A stretch of DNA of 32,000 nt, from assembly GCA_041677685.1 (NCBI GenBank), contig JBAYPN010000004.1:11212-43211 (forward strand), in the 5' to 3' direction. Below are positions 9,780-17,800 of this stretch, one piece after another. Each line of letters opens with the position of its first letter. The first letter of the stretch is position 1. The notes under the pieces were generated by a model. That model ran no database searches. It was not told the origin of the DNA and saw only the letters and a program-made list of their open reading frames with translations. Origin of the DNA: an archaeon (GTDB lineage Archaea; Iainarchaeota; Iainarchaeia; Iainarchaeales; CSSED10-239). The position numbers and the translations under genes were made by a program.

Positions 9780-9986
9780 ATGAATAAAATAAAATTAAAG
9801 TTTAAAAGTATCTTAGAGGATAACAAAGCTCAAGCAGAGTCAAACAGTATCTTCTTTCTAATTATAATTGCTATTGTTGCAGTTGTCCTAATTGCAATTG
9901 TAAAACCAATGTTTAACAAATCAGTTAAAGCCTCAGCAAAACAAGCAAACCTCCCAAATCAAGGTGTTACCCAACCTTTAAAATAA
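9780..9986 (+). CDS. Headless mini-pilin (class III signal peptide, one helix and a short tail)
   Basis: 68 aa: MNKIKLKFKSILEDNKA/QAESNSIFFLIIIAIVAVVLIAIVKPMF followed by only about 22 residues. It is absent from the downstream duplicated unit. Confidence 0.55.
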   Translation: MNKIKLKFKSILEDNKAQAESNSIFFLIIIAIVAVVLIAIVKPMFNKSVKASAKQANLPNQGVTQPLK

Positions 9987-10068
9987 GCATAAATGTATAA
10001 TATCAATTACAATTTACTTTTATAAATTATTTTAATTTTTAATGTCTTATAAAAATTATACATCTAAA

Positions 10069-10108
10069 ATACATTTAAATATGTTTTGTCTTAAATTTTA
10101 AATATAAT
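10069..10108 (+). promoter_or_regulatory. Duplicated copy of the pilin promoter block
   Basis: 40/40 identity with 9072-9111, located about 30 nt upstream of the remnant ATG at 10137. Confidence 0.4.
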
Positions 10109-10136
10109 TATATTAATATAAAAAAAGAGAATAAAT

Positions 10137-10693
10137 ATGTTAAATTTAATAAATCAAAAGAAAAGGGCCTTTCAAACTTCCAAATATTTATATTACCTAT
10201 AATGATTTTAATTTTACTTTCTTTTTTAATTGCAGTATTACCTGTAAGTCCTGACCCTAAGTTGAAAAATATAAATTTAGTTATAGAACATTCCATAAAA
10301 GCACAAATTAATACTACTGGTAGCTTAGGTTACACAGACACATTAAAATTTAAATATAAGGATTCTATTTCTGCAACAAGTTTGACTGATGGACTTGATG
10401 TAGACAGAGATCAAGTTTACGTAGTAGTTCCAACGGATCTAATTGGTAACACATTTAGTGATCCTAGTACTTCAAGTTATAAACGAACAATATATTTAAA
10501 GAGTACAAAAGAAGATTACAAAATTGGTGTTATTTGTGATTATAAAGAAAGTATAGAAGTAAGTTTAGGATATAATGGTCTTGCTGGTGGATCAAATGAT
10601 GAAGATGATTTTTTCTCAATAATTAAAGATTTAGATGATTTTAAAGATCTTGACAATAGCATAAAAGTATGTATCCTATTTCCAAAAAGATGA
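10137..10693 (+). pseudogene. Pilin paralogue B with disrupted N-terminus (frameshifted or silent copy, or an N-terminally remodelled paralogue)
   Basis: ATG 10137 encodes MLNLINQKKRAFQTSKYLYYL and then TAA (10200-10202). The rest of the gene reads in another frame from ATG 10202 (TAATG overlap). The KG/Q cleavage motif is lost. The 3-prime two thirds are nearly identical to copy A, for example a 64-nt perfect run 9464-9527 = 10421-10484. Confidence 0.55.
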
Positions 10694-10801
10694 TTGTTTC
10701 AATTACAATTTACTTTTATAAATTATTTTATTTTCATAAAATATTTAAAAACACTAAAAATCAAAAAGCTTTTTAATTACTTCTTTTTATATTTAAGTAT
10801 T

Positions 10802-11407
10802 ATGCAAAAGATATTATCCACAATCAAAAAAGATAAAGCACAAGTAAGTGCTCCCTTTGAACTACTGGTTGCAATTATTGTTATGGCCTTTGTTATTCTT
10901 GCAGGAACCTATGCCCTAAACAACCTTTCAGAAAACACATGCCTTGGAAATAAAAGACAAAACTTTAGCGAACTTGTAACTGCCTTAAGAGATGTTACCT
11001 TAGGTTCAGATTTAACTTACAGAGATGTAGATTTTAGAACAAAGGCTTGCTTTAATGAAAAGTATGAGTTTGTGCAACTAAATACTTATGAAGACTCAGG
11101 TAAATGTAGTGCCTACTGTGGAACAGGTTCTAATTGCCTATTACTTGAATATAAATATCAAAAAGATGATGATTATAAATACCCAATAGAACCAATCTGC
11201 ACACATCTTCCCTCAACTGTTAACTTTGCAACTAAACTTTCAGAATGTGGGGACGAAGATATACTTGAAGAAGATTATATGATAATAAATCCAAAAGGGC
11301 TAACAAAAGATAACCAAGGAAACATCCCCTTAGGTAGATATAAGATTTACAGAGCAAATCAAGAGAGTGCAAGCACGACTGTTATTTGCCTTCTTAAAAA
11401 AAAGTGA
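10802..11407 (+). CDS. Cys-rich pilin-like protein (class III signal peptide)
   Basis: From ATG 10802: MQKILSTIKKDKA/QVSAPFELLVAIIVMAFVILAG. Eight Cys lie in the predicted extracellular domain. The track start at 10694 is a TTG extension through the intergenic repeat. Confidence 0.65.
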   Translation: MQKILSTIKKDKAQVSAPFELLVAIIVMAFVILAGTYALNNLSENTCLGNKRQNFSELVTALRDVTLGSDLTYRDVDFRTKACFNEKYEFVQLNTYEDSGKCSAYCGTGSNCLLLEYKYQKDDDYKYPIEPICTHLPSTVNFATKLSECGDEDILEEDYMIINPKGLTKDNQGNIPLGRYKIYRANQESASTTVICLLKKK

Positions 11408-11415
11408 AATAAGAT

Positions 11416-12096
11416 ATGTTTGAATTTACCTTATCAAAATTAAATTTATTAATCTTTGTTACAGCAATAGCAGCAATTATGCTATTTTTTCTAAACACAG
11501 TAAATGCAAATTTAAAAACAAGACAAAGTTTTGAATTAACCTACAAGATTGGCAAAGAGCTAAAATCAGGGATTGATGGAAAAAGTTACTGCTCCATAAA
11601 ATATATAAAAATTCCAAAAACAATTAAAACTAATCAAGGCTCTTCAAACATATTTAATATAAATTATAAATTTAATATTGCACAATATGATTATGAAAAT
11701 CCCAACATCAATTCTTCACTTAACAAAAAACTAATAATTGCAATTACTGATCAAAAAAATAAAAAGATCTATGCAGCCTATGATATTGACTTTGAAGGAA
11801 ACTTTACTTTCTATGAATCAGAATATGATTTAGATACTGGAAAATATAACTTTCTAGAAAAAAAAGATGTAGGGATCTATGATCCTCTAAAAGTAAAAAG
11901 TATAGACACAACTCTTTTGTTTATTAAAAAAATAAATAATGGAAAATTAGATTACTACATTATACCTTGTGAGAAAAAAAATTCAATATATTCTTGTAAA
12001 GATTTTGTATGTAACAATGATGATGGATTATTTGATGATATTACCTGTAAGGATGTAGAGTTATGCATTACCGACGTAGGAGAAAATACAACATGA
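11416..12096 (+). CDS. Membrane-anchored Cys-rich protein of the pilin module (non-canonical N-terminus)
   Basis: MFEFTLSKLNLLIFVTAIAAIMLFF. This has no [KR][GA] site, although FTLSKLNLLIF loosely recalls a mature pilin N-terminus. Seven Cys. Starts 9 nt after the previous gene and overlaps the next by ATGA. Confidence 0.5.
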   Translation: MFEFTLSKLNLLIFVTAIAAIMLFFLNTVNANLKTRQSFELTYKIGKELKSGIDGKSYCSIKYIKIPKTIKTNQGSSNIFNINYKFNIAQYDYENPNINSSLNKKLIIAITDQKNKKIYAAYDIDFEGNFTFYESEYDLDTGKYNFLEKKDVGIYDPLKVKSIDTTLLFIKKINNGKLDYYIIPCEKKNSIYSCKDFVCNNDDGLFDDITCKDVELCITDVGENTT

Positions 12097-12626
12097 TATT
12101 TAAAAAAAGAGAAAAGGGTTTTATTGGGGCAATTGGTGATGACCTACCAAGCCTTATTCCAATTTTTATTGGTTTAATTATCTTTTTTTCTGTATTTTTA
12201 AGCACATACAATCTCTATAAAGATAAAACAAATCTCTATTCTTTAGAGCAAGAAGCAGTTATAATTTCTTTAACTCTAAAAGAAGAACCAATAATTTCAA
12301 GTTATGAGATCTTTCAACATCAATGTGATTTAGTAAACACTAACAAAAATTGGACAGCTTTTGTTACAGACTTAGATCTAAATTCAGATAATCACAAACC
12401 CATAGACACCTCTGATATAGAAAATTCAATTGTTGCTTTTATAGATGAGGTTTCAAATGATAAAAACATTTTTATCTGCAACAATAAGTTTAAAGACAAA
12501 GTCTTAGACACACAAGATAATTTTTTTCAAACACAAAATAGAAAGATAGTATACATGTTTCCAATAACCTTACAAGAAGACAACTTTGCAAAGACTAAAA
12601 AATTATATGTAATTGTTTGGGAGTAA
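12093..12626 (+). CDS. Possible minor pilin-like protein
   Basis: From ATG 12093 (ATGA overlap with the upstream stop, GGAG upstream): MIFKKREKG/FIGAIGDDLPSLIPIFIGLIIFFSVFL. It fits the [KR]G+hydrophobic pattern but has two Asp early in the helix, so the call is tentative. Confidence 0.45.
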   Translation: MIFKKREKGFIGAIGDDLPSLIPIFIGLIIFFSVFLSTYNLYKDKTNLYSLEQEAVIISLTLKEEPIISSYEIFQHQCDLVNTNKNWTAFVTDLDLNSDNHKPIDTSDIENSIVAFIDEVSNDKNIFICNNKFKDKVLDTQDNFFQTQNRKIVYMFPITLQEDNFAKTKKLYVIVWE

Positions 12627-12633
12627 AATAGAT

Positions 12634-13398
12634 ATGATACCAATTATTAAAAATAAAAAAGCACAAGCAGCAATCACAGATGCTTTATTTTTCTTAACAA
12701 TAATTGTGACCTTAGCAGTTATTCTCTTTAAGTTTTCTGCAACCTATGGAGACAGAGTTACTCTTGCAACAAACAATCTTTACTTTAAAGAATACTCCAA
12801 TTCTGCACTAAAAACTATCTTCTATGCAGAAATTCCTCTTGACTTTTCAAAAGAAATTAGTTCTTCAAAAGAAACAGACTACCTAATGACTGCAATTAAG
12901 GAAGATTATTTCTCAGATATGCAGATTGGAAGTTCAAAAGATATTAACACCATGATGATAATTAATAATTCAGATATCTCCAAATATAATCTTTATAATC
13001 TCATTAAAGTTGTAATGAAGCCTTTACCAAATTATGACTATATGTTTTATCTATACAACACTAATGATTCTAAATTTGAATTTTTTACCTTAAAAGTTAC
13101 AAACTTTGATTATGAGAAAGCAGTGTTTCCTCATCAACTAGACATTAATGCAACAGATTCAAATTATTATCTTTGTGATCCTCTAAGTTATGCAACAATT
13201 AGGGATAGTTTTTCTGAGATCAGTGACATCTACTCTTCTTCAATTCCATTACAGTTTCCAGTTACTATTGGAGATAGAGACACAATCAACATGACAGCAA
13301 CATTTGCGATTTGGCCAGCATCAGTAACATTAACCAAAACAGATGAAGAGAATAACAACATAATTAGTAACTTTAAATGTAAAGCTTACACAGACTAA
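12634..13398 (+). CDS. Pilin-like protein (class III signal peptide)
   Basis: From ATG 12634 (GGGAG upstream): MIPIIKNKKA/QAAITDALFFLTIIVTLAVILF. Last gene of the coupled module. Confidence 0.6.
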   Translation: MIPIIKNKKAQAAITDALFFLTIIVTLAVILFKFSATYGDRVTLATNNLYFKEYSNSALKTIFYAEIPLDFSKEISSSKETDYLMTAIKEDYFSDMQIGSSKDINTMMIINNSDISKYNLYNLIKVVMKPLPNYDYMFYLYNTNDSKFEFFTLKVTNFDYEKAVFPHQLDINATDSNYYLCDPLSYATIRDSFSEISDIYSSSIPLQFPVTIGDRDTINMTATFAIWPASVTLTKTDEENNNIISNFKCKAYTD

Positions 13399-14147
13399 AA
13401 CTTTAAACCCAAGCCATCATCAGAATTATCAATTTCAAAATCATCTAATTCTTCGTCTTTTAAAAGATCTTTAATATCGTCTTCTTTCTTTCTAGTCTTT
13501 GATTCTTCTTTCTGTTTTACTTTTTTATTTTCAGAGTCTTTTTTAATTTCTTCTTTTTGCCTATCTCTTTTAGATCCTTTTTTAGAATCTTTTTTACTTT
13601 CTTTGTCTTCTTTACTTTTAATTTCTTCTTCTAGTTCTAGATTTTTTTCTTTAGAGACTTTATCTTTCTTCATCTGGTCTCTAATATCATTTGATTCAAC
13701 TTGAGAATAAACATCTTCAACTAAATTTCTTAGATCTTCTTTATTTTCATTAATATTTAAATTTTCTTTTGATCTATTTTCTGAAGCCCTATAATGTCTA
13801 TTTGTCTTAATTGCACTTTCAATTTTATTTTTTTCAACATCTATATTTTTATTTTTTAATTGTGTGTAAATAGCCTCTGCAATTACATTAACATCTGGTT
13901 TTATCATTTCAGAAAGGTTAGTTAATATCTTATTAATAATTATTGCCTTTTCTTCATTGTTAACAACTTTAGTTTTTTTATCTTTTTTAAAGTCAAGATT
14001 TTCTAAAGTAATTTCACTATTATCAATACTATTATAGTTATCTTTTTTCTTAGAAGTTATATCAGGCTGAGAAGTATAGACTATCTCTCCATCCTTATAT
14101 TTTCTATAATGTCTTCTTTCTCTTCTACTTAGCTTGTTATTATCCAT
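13395..14147 (-). CDS. Highly charged Lys/Glu-rich protein with an acidic-hydrophobic C-terminal tail, function unknown
   Basis: 250-aa ORF with no competing ORF on the other strand, which is unlikely by chance in a genome where stop codons are AT-rich. It ends ...DEELDDFEIDNSDDGLGLKF. It is convergent with the pilin operon, and the two ORFs overlap by 4 nt at their 3-prime ends (13395-13398; the stop codons share 2 nt). Confidence 0.55.
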   Translation of the reverse strand: MDNNKLSRRERRHYRKYKDGEIVYTSQPDITSKKKDNYNSIDNSEITLENLDFKKDKKTKVVNNEEKAIIINKILTNLSEMIKPDVNVIAEAIYTQLKNKNIDVEKNKIESAIKTNRHYRASENRSKENLNINENKEDLRNLVEDVYSQVESNDIRDQMKKDKVSKEKNLELEEEIKSKEDKESKKDSKKGSKRDRQKEEIKKDSENKKVKQKEESKTRKKEDDIKDLLKDEELDDFEIDNSDDGLGLKF

Positions 14148-14188
14148 AATGTCTTCTTTCTCTTCTACTTAGCTTGTTATTATCCATA
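14106..14188. repeat. Perfect 40-bp tandem duplication (2.1 copies) covering the start codon of the 13395-14147 gene
   Basis: 14106-14148 is identical to 14146-14188 (ATAATGTCTTCTTTCTCTTCTACTTAGCTTGTTATTATCCATA). The period is 40 nt, not a multiple of 3. Confidence 0.95.
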
Positions 14189-14314
14189 TTTAAAATATTC
14201 CATTTATAAACATTTATATTATATACAATATATATTATATAATAATGCTTTTAAATGTTTCAATTTATATATATTATAGATTTTAATTAAAAATAAGATA
14301 AGAAGATCAAAACT

Positions 14315-14815
14315 ATGGAAAATAATATATTTCAAATAATACTAAATTATGTTTGGTTTATAATCAAATTGTTATTCTATGCTTTAATTTTAGCAATACC
14401 TCTTACATTAATAACTCTACCTTTAAGGAATTGGTTTTTAAAAATTAATAAAAAAATTGAAAATTTCTTATTTAGTTCTTCAATTATTACTTATGTTATT
14501 AGCTATCTACTGTTGTTAGCATTCTACTTTATACCGATCATAAATTCAGGTTCTTTTCAAACAACAGATAAGTTATTGATTTTTATTTTAATCCACATAG
14601 TAAGGCTTGCAATTATTAATTTACTAATAACAGCAATAATTATTATCTTTATATTTATAATTTTATTTATTTATGAAAAGTTTAATAAAAATTCTAAACA
14701 ATTTAATTTCTTTAATTTATGGAAAAGTACAGCTATAGGTTTAATTATTTTTTTCATAATTATAATCTTATTTCCAAAATTAATAGCTATGTTAATATAT
14801 TTAATATTTGTATAA
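14315..14815 (+). CDS. Polytopic membrane protein, function unknown
   Basis: 166 aa, about 4 TM helices. Ends 18 nt before the giant ORF on the same strand. Confidence 0.5.
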   Translation: MENNIFQIILNYVWFIIKLLFYALILAIPLTLITLPLRNWFLKINKKIENFLFSSSIITYVISYLLLLAFYFIPIINSGSFQTTDKLLIFILIHIVRLAIINLLITAIIIIFIFIILFIYEKFNKNSKQFNFFNLWKSTAIGLIIFFIIIILFPKLIAMLIYLIFV

Positions 14816-14833
14816 ATAATAGGATGAGTTTAC

Positions 14834-17800
14834 ATGAAGTTTGAAAAGAATGTCTCAAAGATAATATCAATATTTTTTTTAATTCTATTTATAAATAGTA
14901 TCTTTGCATATAATGTGGATTTTTCAAGATTTGACAACCCCACAGAAAGTGCAAACAATTTCTATTTACTAGATTCTGATATTAAAACTGACTTTGGAGG
15001 TGGTTGTTATACTGAAGAACTTCCTTCAGATGCAGTTGAAAGGATTTGGAATGAGTTGTTGGTTAAAGGTTTTAAAGTAGACATAGTTTCTTCAGACCAA
15101 CCAGCAAAAACAGATAGAGACTCACTTGAAAAAAGTGATGTGATGCTAACAAACCAGGATAGTAAGGGTGGAGACATCATCATGAAAAAAGAAATGCCTT
15201 CCCAAGAAATGGATCCTTTAGAGATTCCAACTATTTTAGGTCAAAGCTGTTATGGTCCATTTTCATATGGTATTAATTTGACAGAAACAATTAGGATTGG
15301 AAAATGTGAAAATGATACTAATTCTGCATGTTATCTAGAAAGTGATGGACTCTTTAGACAAAATGGAAATGAAGGCTTTTGGACAGAAATGGAAGCTGTT
15401 GGTAAAGATGTTCTTGACATGGTTGGAGTAAATATTTTAAAACAGGAAGCAGGAGAAATAATTAACCCAGACTATGATTATAATACAGATGTTGATCTAG
15501 GAATCTTTACTGAAATGTCCTATGAAGAGTTAGCTTTTTTTAAAAGTATACAACTAGATGATGCAAATAAAGACACAATCAATTTAGAAAGAACAAAAGC
15601 AATCATGGACAAAGCAATTCAAAATAGTGTAAAAACAGAAATTTTTAATTCAGGAATGGAGACAACCTGTAGTGGTGAAAATTGTTATATTAATGTGTAT
15701 TCTTTGTTTGATAAAATGTTTAATCAGTTTTTCTCAGCAGACCTTGTAGCAACTTCAGTCTCACCTTTACTATGGAAATTCTCTTCAAGAATTTTTTCAG
15801 GAATTGGAAATGTTGCAAAAAAGCAATTTGGAATTGAGTCTGCTGGTCAAAAGTTATTAAAGAATGGAACTATTAAGAAAGGTCACTTTTGGGATAATGT
15901 TCTAAACAATAATAATAGTCCTATGAAGGCTCTTAAAAAAACTATGGATATTAGAGTTGCAGAAAGAAATATTGGAAGATATGCAGATAACCTTTCTTCA
16001 AGTTATTCATCTATTGAAAAACAACTAAACAGATATGATCTAAAACCACAATTTGAAAAATATCTAAAATCTTTAAAATCAAAAAAGAATATTGAAGAGA
16101 TCACAAATGAATTTTTTAAGTCTGCGGAGTTTACAAAATTAAACAAACCCCAACAAAGAATCTTCTTTGAAATTGCTCAAAAGTATCAAACAAATTTAAA
16201 GATCACACAAATTTTCCAAGAACAATTAGGTAAAGATATTGATGATATTTTGAGTGCAACAACAACTGTTAGAGGTGCATCAATTCCAAGAAAAGATATT
16301 CTTTCAAACTCCAAATATACTTTAGATGATTTTTATAGATCTTTGACAAAAGAAGAATATGAGACTCTTCTTTCTAAACAGCAAAAAATGAATCAACTAA
16401 ACAAAAGTTGGGGAGATTACACTAACGGTCATGTTTCTTGGGATGATGGTGTAGAAAATTTAAATGTAGTTAAGAATAGAAGTTTTACAATTCATAATCC
16501 AGCAACTGGAGAAGATGAACTAACACTTATTAACAAAGTTAAAAAATTAGATCAAACAATTCCTGGTAGCTTAGGAGAACTGCCAGCAGGAAGTAAAGCC
16601 TTAGTCCCAACAGACCCTACAAAATCTATAGGAACAGGTTTTGACAAAATGGCACAAACCAAAAAAGTAACAGTTACCTTCTCAGATGGATCAACAGCAG
16701 AAATCACAAAATTGATTCCATATAAAGAATCTGAAATCTCAAGCATTGGACAACAATTCTTTGCAAGTGATTTACCAAAGTTCCAAAGTAGACCTGACAT
16801 CTATATTGAATATTTATCAAAAAGTGGAGCTACAAAAAAAGTAAGAGCAACAAACCTTATAGTTGATGATATTGATCAAGTAGGCAGCTTAAAATGGTTT
16901 TCTGTAGATGATGTTGCGATGTTGACTGATGATGAAATTATAAAATATGGTTATGATCCTTTTGAACTTGCTTATGGTTACTCAACTACAAAAGGAACAG
17001 GAATTATAAAAACTATGGATGCTGTTAATGACAAGGTTGTAAAGGTTATGGAAGACCAAGGTTGGGTAACAGGAAGGGGAGTTAACTGGATTAACCAACA
17101 AATGAAAGCTCAAGACACGTCCTCTTACCAAAAGAAAGCATTTAACATGTTAACACGTAATGGACAAGCATATATAAAAAATTGGGTTTATTGGGAAGTT
17201 CAGACAGCAGGAAATACTCTTCCATTTATTGGAGATACTTTCTCTAAATATAGTATGTATCAATTACCAGAAACTTACACTTCTGTAAAAATAGATCACC
17301 AACTTTCAGGAGAAATCTACAATGATTCATATATTGATTTCTTTGTAAACACAGGTTCTGATCAAGGGGACCTTTTTATGCAATACCTTAATTCCATGGT
17401 TTTCTGGTTAGTAAATATTGGAAAAGAAGTCTTAGACGAAACTGACTGGAAAGCAACTCAAGCAATAAGCGATTGGGGTAAGCAAATAACAGAAGGGCAA
17501 ATAAGAAGAAGCTCAGTAGATGATGTTGCAGTCTTTACAGATGGTGAGAACGGAGGTTGTGATAAGGCTTGCTCAATTAAAATAGGAAATTCTCAACTCT
17601 TAGAAAAAACAACTCTTGAAAAATCCCTAAAAACAGACACCAATGTGGAAAATCAGACACCAATGCCTCAAAAGTTAGAAAAAGTAAACATCATTTACAG
17701 TACCCCAAGCGGAATTACAATTCCAAATTATATTCTTGAAAATACTGATCCAAAGAACATAGAAGAAGAAGGACAAACATTAATTTCTTTCTCACACCAT

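Noticed and set aside
9182-10693. Diversity-generating retroelement (TR/VR) relationship between the two pilin copies
   Set aside because: The substitutions between the copies are of all types (T/C, A/G, A/T, C/T and others) rather than confined to adenine positions of one copy. No reverse transcriptase is present in the window.
7959-12633. N-terminal extensions given in the ORF track (7959, 8551, 10694, 12063, 12613; likewise 3793 and 26686 elsewhere)
   Set aside because: The extensions start at non-ATG codons and run through intergenic or repeat sequence or the upstream gene. They would bury the class III signal peptides. Internal ATGs with purine-rich SD-like sites give canonical N-termini.
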